This document shows, in pieces, positions 1 through 8,536 of a DNA stretch of 64,000 nt. How positions within the stretch are numbered: position 1 is the stretch's first letter; each line of letters begins with the position of its first letter. The DNA comes from Alphaproteobacteria bacterium (GTDB lineage: Bacteria > Pseudomonadota > Alphaproteobacteria > RF32 > CAG-239), in the NCBI GenBank assembly GCA_045593845.1, contig JAZNXK010000004.1, positions 4,436 through 68,435 on the forward strand, read 5' to 3'. Both the position numbers and the translations under genes were made by a program. A model generated the notes under the pieces. It had not been told where the DNA came from and made no database searches. It worked only from the letters and a program-made list of their open reading frames with translations.

Positions 1-672
1 CGGCAACTTCAGCACTTGTTCCTGTAAAGCCATATCTTTCATCGAAAAATAATGTTTTTCTCCGCTTTCACTCTTAAAAATTGACCGACAAGGATACAAA
101 CATTTTCCCCTGTTTGCACTTCGTCCGCTTTCAAGTGACGAAAACAAACAAATTCCGCTATAAGAATAACATAATGCTCCGTGAATAAAAGCTTCTGTTT
201 CAAGTTGAGGAATAGCTGCAATTTCTTTAATTTCGTTCAAAGACAATTCTCTTGCCAACACTACCCGCTTAAAACCAAGCTTTTGCAAAGCTAAAGCACC
301 TTCCTTATTGTGAACTGCCATCTGTGTACTGGCATGCAGCTCCAATTCAGGATATTTTTCGCTAATAATTCTTGCTACCCCCAAATCCTGCAGAATAATT
401 CCGTCAACATGACAATTTGAACAAACATCAAGTGTTAACAGCAAACTTGATAATTCACTTTCTTGCACCAAAGTATTTACGGTCACATAAACTTTACGGC
501 ACAAACTATGAGCATAACCGACAAAATTATCCAACTCTTCCGGAGAAAAATTCACCGCCGTTGCACGCGCCGAAAAGTTTTTTAACCCCAAATAAACCGC
601 ATCTGCCCCGTAAAATATAGCTGCATAACCTGCTTCAATATCACCGGCCGGCGCTAAAAGTTCAGTTTTCAT
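1..672 (-). CDS. Peptidase U32 family protein, N-terminal 224 aa (3' end runs off the left window edge)
   Basis: Absent from the ORF track because it is open to the window edge. Reverse-strand translation from ATG 672-670 reads MKTELLAPAGDIEAGYAAIFYGADAVYLGLKNFSARA...EAFIHGALCYSYSGICLFSSLESGRSANRGKCLYPCR. This carries the U32 signature (E-x-F-x-HGA-x-C-x-x-YSG-x-C). The frame stays open through base 1. Confidence 0.8.
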   Translation of the reverse strand, partial: MKTELLAPAGDIEAGYAAIFYGADAVYLGLKNFSARATAVNFSPEELDNFVGYAHSLCRKVYVTVNTLVQESELSSLLLTLDVCSNCHVDGIILQDLGVARIISEKYPELELHASTQMAVHNKEGALALQKLGFKRVVLARELSLNEIKEIAAIPQLETEAFIHGALCYSYSGICLFSSLESGRSANRGKCLYPCRSIFKSESGEKHYFSMKDMALQEQVLKLP

Positions 673-678
673 AACACA

Positions 679-2442
679 TTATCCTAATTGACTGTTATAC
701 AAAGAAGCATAAACACTGTTTTCTTTTGCCAAAAGTTCCTCATGCGTTCCTTCTTCTACAATTTCGCCATAATTAACCACTACAATCTTGTCAGCATTAC
801 GCACAGTTGAAAGACGGTGAGCCACAATAAGCACCGTTCTGTCTTTCATCAAATTATCAATAGCCTTTTGCACCACAGCTTCCGCCTTATTATCCAAAGC
901 AGAAGTAGCCTCGTCCAAAATAACAATCGGCGCATTTTTAATAAAAGCTCTGGCAATGGCAATTCGCTGTTTTTGTCCGCCCGAGAGCAACACTCCCCTC
1001 TCACCGATTTGAGTATCAAGTCCTGTTTCCAAACTGTCGATAAATTCTTTTAAGCACGCAGCTTCAACCGCATGGTTGATTTCCTCGGAAGTTGCATCTT
1101 CCTTACCCAGCAAAATGTTCTCTTTTATTGTCCCTGCAAACAAAAAATTATCCTGAAAAACAATGGCAATATTATCACGTAAAGAATATAAATCATACTT
1201 TTTAATATTTTTTCCGTTTATCAAAATCTCTCCGCTTTTCACATCATAAAAGCGCGGCAAAAGATTTACCAGCGTGGTCTTTCCACCTCCGGAATTTCCG
1301 ACAAAAGCAACTGTTTGTCCGACATTAATTTTAAGATTTATATTCTTCAAAACCGGTTTATCTTTCAAATATTCAAAACAAACTTTTTTATATTCGATAA
1401 CTCCTGCAACATTCTCCAATTTTATCGGTTCAGGACAATTTCTTATTGCCGGCAAGCGTTCCATCAAACTAAAAACTCTCTCCATTGCCAAAAATGCCAG
1501 TTGAACACTGTTAAAGTTGTTACCGATAGACTTAATCGGATTATAAAGCATAATCAAAGCTGTAATAAAGGATACAAAATTTCCTGCCGTAATTTGCTGA
1601 TGAATAATCAAATAGTTTCCCCACCAAATCACCGCAGCTATTCCCAATGAAACGATAAAATGCATCAAAGGAGACATCATTCCGGTTCTCTGTGTCATTT
1701 TTATACCGAGTTTAAACACCGACTTTAAGGTTTCACGAAAACGTTTCCCCTGATAGTCATAAAGATTATATGATGCAATAATTCTGTTCCCGTTATATGT
1801 TTCATTAAAATGGCTTATAACCGCCGCACCGGAGAAAATCGTCTTATTCATAATTTCCTTAATTCTGCGTCTGACCGTAGTCAGCGGAAATAGCGCACAA
1901 AACAAAACCACAACTGCAATAATAGCCAGTTGCCAAGAATTATAAAATAAAACTGCAATCAAAGAAATAGAAGAAAAGACTCTTGTTGTAAAAAGCTTTA
2001 GATTTGACAACAAACCGTTACAAGCCGTATCCACATCAGAATTATATCTAAAAACAATCTGTCCCGAAGTCTTTTTATCAAAAAAGGTAGCTTCGCTCAT
2101 CATCAATCTGTCAAATAAAACTATCTTAACATCATTTGCAATCTTTCTGCCCACCCATACGTTCAAATATGTTGCCGCATAATTCATCAAACTTTGCAAA
2201 CAGCTGAAAATAATAATCAACAGCGGAATATAACTCACCAAATTATCGGATTTTTCCACCATTACAATATCCATATAAGGCTTTAGCGACCAAGCGATAA
2301 CCGCATCCATAGCTCCAATCGGAATAGTTATCAAAACCGACATCAATGCTCTCATCCAATATGGCTTTATATACGGCCACATTTTACGATAATTGACTAC
2401 AAAGTTCATTGATGCTATTTTTTCTTTAATTTTTTTAAACAT
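679..2442 (-). CDS. ABC transporter permease/ATP-binding protein, type I exporter (MsbA-like)
   Basis: The track ORF starts at TTG 2493. The first ATG is at 2442 (MFKKIKEK...). N-terminal 6-TM exporter domain, then an NBD with Walker A GNSGGGKTT, signature LSGGQKQR and Walker B IVILDEATSALD. Confidence 0.85.
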   Translation of the reverse strand: MFKKIKEKIASMNFVVNYRKMWPYIKPYWMRALMSVLITIPIGAMDAVIAWSLKPYMDIVMVEKSDNLVSYIPLLIIIFSCLQSLMNYAATYLNVWVGRKIANDVKIVLFDRLMMSEATFFDKKTSGQIVFRYNSDVDTACNGLLSNLKLFTTRVFSSISLIAVLFYNSWQLAIIAVVVLFCALFPLTTVRRRIKEIMNKTIFSGAAVISHFNETYNGNRIIASYNLYDYQGKRFRETLKSVFKLGIKMTQRTGMMSPLMHFIVSLGIAAVIWWGNYLIIHQQITAGNFVSFITALIMLYNPIKSIGNNFNSVQLAFLAMERVFSLMERLPAIRNCPEPIKLENVAGVIEYKKVCFEYLKDKPVLKNINLKINVGQTVAFVGNSGGGKTTLVNLLPRFYDVKSGEILINGKNIKKYDLYSLRDNIAIVFQDNFLFAGTIKENILLGKEDATSEEINHAVEAACLKEFIDSLETGLDTQIGERGVLLSGGQKQRIAIARAFIKNAPIVILDEATSALDNKAEAVVQKAIDNLMKDRTVLIVAHRLSTVRNADKIVVVNYGEIVEEGTHEELLAKENSVYASLYNSQLG

Positions 2443-2663
2443 TAAGTCTCTCTTAGAATATTCTGTCGCTAACAGAATAACTGTTTTTCTCAAATTTGCA
2501 AAACTTTTTTTACATTATCGGAGCAAAAAAAGGCTCCGTTAAAAAACAGAGCCTAAAGGAGAAAAAATCAGAAAATACAAATGAGCGCTAAATAAATGGG
2601 TATCCGAATTACTTAACAATAAGTTAACTATAACACAAAAAATAATAAGAATCAAGATAAATT

Positions 2664-3350
2664 TTAAAGCAATTTATTTTCCTTAAAACTATAATACCCG
2701 CCTTCCCCGATTATAATATGATCCTGAAGCTTTATCCCAACACCTTCTAAAGCTTTTTTGACTTGATTGGTAACAAAAGTATCATCATCAGAAGGCGTCA
2801 AAGTACCGGAAGGATGATTGTGCACCATAATAACACATGCAGCCCCATAGGCCAAAGCCGACCTGACAACTTCTGTCGGATGCACGGCCACTCCGTTGGT
2901 TGAGCCCCTCTGTTGAACCTCCTCGGCAATAATCCTATATTTTGCATCCAACATCAAGATTACCATTTCTTCACGTTTTTTATTAGCCATTTTCATACGG
3001 CAATAATCAAGCAAACTATCCCAGGTAGTAATCACCGGTTGATTATCTGATGATAAATTCTGCCATGTCATTCTGATTGCTGCTTCGCGAATAACATCCA
3101 AAAGTATAATAGTATTCTCTTTTAATCCCGGAAAAGACATCAATGCCTCTTTATTGGCAAAAACCACTTTGGCAAAACTGCCAAACTGCTTAATCAGAGC
3201 TTTTGCCAAAGGTTTTGTATCCTTTCGCGGAATTGCATAGGTCAACAATAACTCCAAAAATTCATAATCAGCCATATCTTTGCCCTGCCCGAGCAAGAAA
3301 CGTTCCTTAATTCTTTGCCTATGTCCGATATAATCTTTTTCTTCTGTCAT
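2664..3350 (-). CDS. radC: RadC-family JAB/MPN domain protein
   Basis: 228 aa with a C-terminal JAMM-type HNHPSG motif and a RadC-like N-terminal region (GHRQRIKERF...). The map-radC adjacency is common in alphaproteobacteria. Confidence 0.85.
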   Translation of the reverse strand: MTEEKDYIGHRQRIKERFLLGQGKDMADYEFLELLLTYAIPRKDTKPLAKALIKQFGSFAKVVFANKEALMSFPGLKENTIILLDVIREAAIRMTWQNLSSDNQPVITTWDSLLDYCRMKMANKKREEMVILMLDAKYRIIAEEVQQRGSTNGVAVHPTEVVRSALAYGAACVIMVHNHPSGTLTPSDDDTFVTNQVKKALEGVGIKLQDHIIIGEGGYYSFKENKLL

Positions 3351-3358
3351 AAATACCC

Positions 3359-4171
3359 CTATTTTTTATACGGCGGACGATCAAGTCCTTTGGGAGAATA
3401 AGTAAACACTTCACAACCGTCTTTTGTAACTCCCAAAGAGTGTTCAAACTGTGCGGAAAGGGTCTTATCTCTGGTAACGGCAGTCCAACCGTTTGCTAAA
3501 ATCAACCCTTCTTTTTTGCCTACGTTTATCATCGGTTCAATAGTAAAAATCATACCTTCTTCCATTACCGGACCGGTTCCTTTTACACCACAGTGCATAA
3601 CATTAGGTCTGTCATGAAAAACCTTGCCGACACCGTGTCCGCAAAACATATCCACCACAGAATAACCATATTTATGAGCATATTCTTCTATTACCGCGCC
3701 GATATCGCCAAAATGCGCCCCCGGCCTTACCACATCAATACCTCTCATCAGGCATTCATACGTAACATCACAAAGACGAGTTGCTTTCAGTTTTGGCTTG
3801 CCAACATAATACATCCTGCTGGTATCACCGAACCAACCGTCCAAAATGACGGTAACATCAATATTGATAATATCTCCGTTAGCCAATTTTTGCGTTGCAC
3901 TCGGAATACCGTGACAAATAACGTGATTAGCGGAAATACAGGTATATTTTGGATATCCATGATACCCCATACATGCCGACACAGCTCCGTGTTCTTCAAT
4001 ATATTTATTGCACAAATCGTCCAAATATTCGGTCGAAACACCTACATCAACATAATCTGTAATATAATCCAAAACCTCCGCAGCCAACTGACCGGCCTTG
4101 CGCATACCGTCAAAATCTTCTTCGGTATTATAAATTGTAATTTTATCTTGATTTTTTCTACTCAATTTCAC
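3359..4171 (-). CDS. map: Type I methionine aminopeptidase
   Basis: 270 aa with the MetAP pita-bread motifs (CHGIP, DIINIDVT, FCGHGVG, FTIEPM). The start codon at 4171 is GTG, preceded by AAGGAG. Confidence 0.9.
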   Translation of the reverse strand: MKLSRKNQDKITIYNTEEDFDGMRKAGQLAAEVLDYITDYVDVGVSTEYLDDLCNKYIEEHGAVSACMGYHGYPKYTCISANHVICHGIPSATQKLANGDIINIDVTVILDGWFGDTSRMYYVGKPKLKATRLCDVTYECLMRGIDVVRPGAHFGDIGAVIEEYAHKYGYSVVDMFCGHGVGKVFHDRPNVMHCGVKGTGPVMEEGMIFTIEPMINVGKKEGLILANGWTAVTRDKTLSAQFEHSLGVTKDGCEVFTYSPKGLDRPPYKK

Positions 4172-4259
4172 TCACTCCTTTATTTTGCCCCAAGCTACAA
4201 CATTCACACAAATTTTGCAACCCTTAAACTTGAATTATTATCAAACAAAATTATATCTT

Positions 4260-4784
4260 ATGAAAAAAGCTCAAAAGAAAGGTATCAACATGAAAATAAA
4301 TTATCAAAAGCTTATTTATTGTTTTGCCATGACATTTGCCGCCATGTTTGTAGGTGCTTATTACAATGATTTTGGCATGGAAAAATGGTATCACAGCATA
4401 TCTCAACCGGAGGCAACCCCTCCCGACATAGTATTTCCGATTGTTTGGGGAATTTTATATGCCCTAATGGCAACAAGCTTCTACCTTGCTTTTGTAACCG
4501 AAGACAAAAAAGCACAAAATCAAAAGATTAACAATCTGTTTATAGGTTTGTTGTTTTTACACATTGTCTGGACATATTGCTTCTTCTATATGGGATATAT
4601 AGGCTTGGCTTTCGGTATTTTGTTGTTTATAGACTTTTTGAGTTATTACATTTTAATGCTGTTTTGGAGCATACACAAAACAGCGGCATGGCTTTTTGTA
4701 CCATATTTTTTGTGGATTCTGTTCGCCACATACCTAAATGCCGCCTTCATAAATCTAAACAGCTATATAATTGTGGTAGAATAA
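4260..4784 (+). CDS. tspO: TspO/MBR family tryptophan-rich sensory protein
   Basis: The track start 4185 is an upstream extension. ATG 4260 gives 174 aa. Five predicted TM helices, Trp-rich, with the motif PPDIVFPIVWGILY typical of TspO. Confidence 0.8.
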   Translation: MKKAQKKGINMKINYQKLIYCFAMTFAAMFVGAYYNDFGMEKWYHSISQPEATPPDIVFPIVWGILYALMATSFYLAFVTEDKKAQNQKINNLFIGLLFLHIVWTYCFFYMGYIGLAFGILLFIDFLSYYILMLFWSIHKTAAWLFVPYFLWILFATYLNAAFINLNSYIIVVE

Positions 4785-4820
4785 GGAAATTATCCAAAAC
4801 AGCTCAATATTTACAACACA

Positions 4821-4853
4821 AAAATCCCCTGATTTTCAATTTCAGGGGATTTT
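4821..4853. terminator. Bidirectional rho-independent terminator between convergent tspO and the ankyrin gene
   Basis: Perfect stem AAAATCCCCTGA (4821-4832) / TCAGGGGATTTT (4842-4853). An A-run lies upstream and a T-run downstream. Confidence 0.75.
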
Positions 4854-4897
4854 TCAATATCAGGCTAAATCAGATCGTTAATAATAGAGAAGAAAAT

Positions 4898-5353
4898 TTA
4901 TCTGCCTTTTTTTGCATCTTTAATACCGGCAAGTGCACCTTTGAACAAAGCTTTTGTTATTTTTCTGTCAAATACTCTTTGTTCTCTCTTCTTTCTTAAG
5001 TGTTCTCTTGCAGCAGCAATTCTATTCATAACCCCTTTCACTCCTGAACCGGCGAGAATTTCTTTTTGCTCTCCTTTTGCCTTCGAAAAAGGAGTGGATT
5101 TACGCATTAGTGCTGTCTTACCATTTTCGTCCTTTGCAAAAACATCAGCCCCTGCCTCAGTAAGAACTTCCATCTGTTCGGTTGACTTTGCATTCATCAA
5201 TGCCGTCGTTCCGCTTTCAAAACTAGCATTAGGATCAGCTCCCATCTCTAGAGCCTTTTTAGTCTCCTCAACTGTTCTCGCATTAAGTAACATTAAATCT
5301 GCTTCGCTTAATTGTTTTGTTTCAGCTTTTTCTTTGTTTTTAACATTTTCCAT
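4898..5353 (-). CDS. Small ankyrin-repeat protein (about 2 ANK repeats plus a basic C-terminal tail)
   Basis: 151 aa. ANK consensus is visible: LEMGADPNASFESGTTALMNA...VLTEAGADVFAKDENGKTALM. ATG 5353 is preceded by AGGAGA. Confidence 0.75.
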   Translation of the reverse strand: MENVKNKEKAETKQLSEADLMLLNARTVEETKKALEMGADPNASFESGTTALMNAKSTEQMEVLTEAGADVFAKDENGKTALMRKSTPFSKAKGEQKEILAGSGVKGVMNRIAAAREHLRKKREQRVFDRKITKALFKGALAGIKDAKKGR

Positions 5354-5553
5354 GGCTTTTCTCCTAAATATTCCCCCGATGTTACCCCAAAAACCTTAAC
5401 ATAAGATTACTATATCACAAAAATAGTATTCTGTCCACTTTTTTAGACATGCTTAAAACTACTGCACAGCACAAATTTTTGCTTGCCATAACGCACTTTT
5501 TGCATTAAAAAAGACTCTTAAAAAACAAAACGCAAAAAACAGAGGTAAACAAA

Positions 5554-8178
5554 ATGACTGCTACCGTAAATCAAATTCGTAAAACTTTTTTAGATTATTT
5601 TGCCAAAAACGGACATACAATTGTGCCTTCTTCATCACTTGTTCCGGACAACGACCCTACCCTGATGTTCACCAATTCAGGCATGGTTCAGTTCAAAAAT
5701 ATTTTGGCCGGCACTGAGACCCGCGACTATAAAACTGCGGCAACCGCACAAAAATCCGTCCGCGCCGGCGGCAAACATAACGATTTGGATAGCGTCGGAT
5801 ATGACGTTCGTCACCATACCTTTTTTGAAATGCTCGGTAATTTTTCTTTTGGCGATTACTTCAAAGAAAAGGCCATTTTTTACGCATGGGAACTCTTAAC
5901 CAAAGAATTTTGTTTGCCTAAAGAAAAACTTTTGGCCACAGTTTATCATACCGACGATGAAGCATTCAACCTCTGGAAAAAAATCTCCGGTCTTCCCGAT
6001 GAGAGAATAATTCGTATTCCGACCAAAGATAATTTTTGGCAAATGGGTGACACCGGCCCTTGCGGACCCTGCTCCGAGATTTTTTATGACCACGGCCCCG
6101 AAGTTTGGGGCGGAATGCCTGGCACTCCCGAAGAAGACGGAGACCGTTATATAGAGATTTGGAACCTCGTTTTTGACCAATATGAAGACTTGCCCGACGG
6201 CAGCCGTATCAACCTTAAAAACCCGTCAATCGATACCGGCATGGGACTTGAGCGAATTGCCGCCATTTTGCAAGGTGTTCATTCCAACTTTGATATTGAT
6301 TTGTTTCAAAACCTCATCAACAACATTGCCGATATTGCTCATTCCGACCCCAAAGGCAAACTGCAATCCTCACACAACGTTATTGCCGACCACATGCGCT
6401 CTTCAGCATTTTTGATTGCCGACGGAGTTTTGCCATCTAACGAAGGCAGAGGATACGTTCTGCGTCGTATTATGCGCCGTGCTATGCGCCATATCCAAAT
6501 GCTTGGGGTCAAAGAGCCAATGATGCACAAACTTCTTCCTGCATTACAAAAAGAAATGGGCGATGCCTACCCTGAACTCTATCGCGCCGAAGACTTGATT
6601 ATAGAAACACTTAAAACAGAAGAAAGTAAGTTTATCAAAACATTAGACAAAGGACTTAAACTTTTAGAAGAAGAAACAGCCAACCTTTCTGCCGGCGATA
6701 CTTTGAACGGACAAACAGCTTTCAGACTGTATGATACCTATGGTTTTCCGCTCGATTTAACTCAAGATGCCTTAAAGCTGAAAAATATCAATGTTGACGT
6801 TGACGGTTTTAATCAGGCTATGGAAAAACAGCGTGCCGAAGCTCGTAAAAACTGGGCCGGTAGCGGTGATAGCGGAATTGAGAAAATTTGGTTTGAGGCT
6901 TTTGATAAATATGGTGCAAGCGAATTTTTGGGCTATGAGCACATTAAAGCCGATGGAGAAATAAAAGCCTTGATACAAAATTCAAACTTTGTTGACAGCA
7001 TTTCCGATGGCGATTTTTATCTTATTGCCAACCAAACCCCGTTTTATGGCGAATCCGGCGGTCAAGTCGGCGACATCGGACTTATCAAAGGTAAAAATTT
7101 TGCTGCCGAAGTTACCGATACACAAAAGAAAATCAATGGTATGATTGTCCATAACTGCCACCTTTTGGAAGGAACAGTAAAAGTCTCGGATTTTGCAAGT
7201 TTTGAAGTCAATGAGCAAAATCGCAATCAAATTCGCGCCAATCACTCAGTAACACACTTGTTACACCGCGCATTGCGTGATGTTTTGGGCAAGCATGTAG
7301 CACAAAAAGGCTCAATGGTAGCCGCTGACCGCGCCAGATTTGATATTTCTCACCCCAAACAAGTTTCACTGGAAGAATTGCGCAAGGTTGAAGCAATTGT
7401 AAACCAAGCAATTCGCCACAATTACAAATGCGTAACTCGTATTATGTTGCCCGAAGATGCCATCAAACAAGGCGCAATGGCCCTATTCGGTGAAAAATAT
7501 GGCGAAACTGTCCGTGTGGTCAGTATGGAAGACGGAAAAGAGGCATTTTCGGTAGAATTGTGCGGCGGAACTCATGTTAATGCTACCGGCGATATCGGAT
7601 ATTTCAGCATTGTTGCCGAGTCCGCAGTTGCCGCCGGTGTCAGAAGACTTGAATTTGTAACCGGACAAGCCGCAGCTGATGTTGCTTATCAGGAAAAAGA
7701 CCAAATCAGCAGAATTTGCCAAACCTTAAGGTCCAATCCGCATGATTTGGAAGCAAAAATATCTCAACTAATAGAAGATAAGAAAAAACTGGAACTCGAG
7801 GTAATAAACCTCAAAAAAGAGATTATGAACGGCGGCACAAAACAAGAAACTTTGGAACAAGTTAACGGGGTCAATTTTGTAGCCAAAAAGTTGGAGAATA
7901 TCTCTCCGAAAGAGATGAAAGGCTTTATTGACGAGCTTAAAGACCAAATAAAAAGCGGTATAATCGCCCTATTCTCCGTAGCTGAAGGAAAAGTCTCGGT
8001 AGTAATCGGAGCCACAGACGATATTGCTCAAAAATGTCCGGCAAACAACCTTATAAAAGTTGTTGCACCGTTTATCGGCGCCAACGGCGGCGGCGGGCGT
8101 CCTGATATGGCACAAACCGGCGGTTCTGACAGCTCAAAACTTGATGAGGCTATATCGGCATTGAAAAAAGCCATATAA
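5554..8178 (+). CDS. alaS: Alanine--tRNA ligase
   Basis: 874 aa. Class II aaRS AlaRS motifs are present ([28 protein letters not shown], editing domain HSVTHLLH...CGGTHV, C-terminal DHHA1). GAGG Shine-Dalgarno before ATG 5554. Confidence 0.97.
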   Translation: MTATVNQIRKTFLDYFAKNGHTIVPSSSLVPDNDPTLMFTNSGMVQFKNILAGTETRDYKTAATAQKSVRAGGKHNDLDSVGYDVRHHTFFEMLGNFSFGDYFKEKAIFYAWELLTKEFCLPKEKLLATVYHTDDEAFNLWKKISGLPDERIIRIPTKDNFWQMGDTGPCGPCSEIFYDHGPEVWGGMPGTPEEDGDRYIEIWNLVFDQYEDLPDGSRINLKNPSIDTGMGLERIAAILQGVHSNFDIDLFQNLINNIADIAHSDPKGKLQSSHNVIADHMRSSAFLIADGVLPSNEGRGYVLRRIMRRAMRHIQMLGVKEPMMHKLLPALQKEMGDAYPELYRAEDLIIETLKTEESKFIKTLDKGLKLLEEETANLSAGDTLNGQTAFRLYDTYGFPLDLTQDALKLKNINVDVDGFNQAMEKQRAEARKNWAGSGDSGIEKIWFEAFDKYGASEFLGYEHIKADGEIKALIQNSNFVDSISDGDFYLIANQTPFYGESGGQVGDIGLIKGKNFAAEVTDTQKKINGMIVHNCHLLEGTVKVSDFASFEVNEQNRNQIRANHSVTHLLHRALRDVLGKHVAQKGSMVAADRARFDISHPKQVSLEELRKVEAIVNQAIRHNYKCVTRIMLPEDAIKQGAMALFGEKYGETVRVVSMEDGKEAFSVELCGGTHVNATGDIGYFSIVAESAVAAGVRRLEFVTGQAAADVAYQEKDQISRICQTLRSNPHDLEAKISQLIEDKKKLELEVINLKKEIMNGGTKQETLEQVNGVNFVAKKLENISPKEMKGFIDELKDQIKSGIIALFSVAEGKVSVVIGATDDIAQKCPANNLIKVVAPFIGANGGGGRPDMAQTGGSDSSKLDEAISALKKAI

Positions 8179-8182
8179 TCAC

Positions 8183-8211
8183 TTGACAGAAATAATAAAA
8201 ACAAATAGTAT
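8183..8211 (+). promoter_or_regulatory. Sigma-70-type promoter of microprotein cassette A (TTGACA-N17-TAGTAT)
   Basis: -35 TTGACA at 8183-8188, a 17-nt spacer, -10 TAGTAT at 8206-8211. It begins 5 nt after the alaS stop. The same module recurs at 9946 and 10294. Confidence 0.6.
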
Positions 8212-8256
8212 TAACGAAAATTAGCACTATTTTTTTTATTATTAAAATTTAATATC

Positions 8257-8478
8257 ATGTTTGGTTTTATTTTTCTTTTATTAGCAGTAGTAGTGCTGCT
8301 TGTTATTTGCTTTGGGATCTGGGGCCTTTTGGTAAAACCCTCCGACACAGCAGCCAAAGTCGCAGTCATCATCTTGAGTATTCTTGCTCTGATTGTTGTG
8401 TTGATAATTGCGCAAACCGTTTATTGTCTTTTCTTTTCTCAAGGAATGAGCTGTCTCATTCCTTTTTTTGTTTTCTAA
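8257..8478 (+). CDS. 2-TM hydrophobic microprotein, cassette A (73 aa), C-terminus FFSQGMSCLIPFF
   Basis: Two hydrophobic helices separated by KPSDTAAK. It is a paralog of 10021..10290 and 10369..10626 with the same architecture. No Shine-Dalgarno. The coding status rests on the conserved 2-TM layout despite divergent sequence. Confidence 0.5.
   Translation: MFGFIFLLLAVVVLLVICFGIWGLLVKPSDTAAKVAVIILSILALIVVLIIAQTVYCLFFSQGMSCLIPFFVF
8441..8469 (+). terminator. Rho-independent terminator lying inside the 3' end of cassette A ORF
   Basis: Stem AAGGAATGAG (8441-8450) / CTCATTCCTT (8455-8464), loop CTGT, T7 run 8463-8469. The stop codon comes only at 8476-8478. Confidence 0.7.
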
Positions 8479-8530
8479 TATCTCATCTTTCGCAAAAAAA
8501 CGATCGACACTTTGGAGAGTGTCGATCGCT
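8463..8530. repeat. Left arm of the imperfect inverted repeat bracketing the tandem-repeat protein gene
   Basis: 8463-8493 TTTTTTTGTTTTCTAATATCTCATCTTTCGC matches the reverse complement of 9893-9923 at 26 of 31 positions, with the first 17 identical. The match continues through the A-run and hairpin module (8494-8530 vs 9850-9892). Confidence 0.65.
8494..8528 (-). terminator. Rho-independent terminator of the tandem-repeat protein gene
   Basis: Perfect 10-bp stem CGATCGACAC (8501-8510) / GTGTCGATCG (8519-8528). The A7 run at 8494-8500 is a T-run on the minus strand. It lies 9 nt downstream of the minus-strand stop at 8537. Confidence 0.75.
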
Positions 8531-8536
8531 GAAAAT

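Noticed and set aside
2443-2493. N-terminal extensions in the ORF track. Examples are 2493, 4185, 10675, 15594, 15937, 17517, 20353, 25088, 29088, 33378, 34818, 36283, 47887, 56509, 58196, 58296, 61456 and 63874.
   Set aside because: Many of these begin at TTG or GTG codons read as M, or at upstream ATGs without a Shine-Dalgarno. In each case an internal ATG with Shine-Dalgarno support or the expected family N-terminus was preferred. The exact starts remain unverified.
2518-2540. Hairpin CGGAGC-AAAAAAAG-GCTCCG downstream of radC, considered as a terminator
   Set aside because: The stem is only 6 bp and the U-tract is in the loop rather than after the stem on the relevant strand. The evidence is insufficient.
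3593-4369. 258-aa plus-strand ORF
   Set aside because: It is antisense to methionine aminopeptidase, which has unmistakable MetAP motifs. Its composition is typical of an AT-rich shadow frame.
4941-5399. 152-aa plus-strand ORF, the same size as the ankyrin ORF on the other strand
   Set aside because: The minus frame shows ANK consensus repeats, a Shine-Dalgarno and a terminator. The plus frame is Ser/Leu/Phe-rich shadow sequence.
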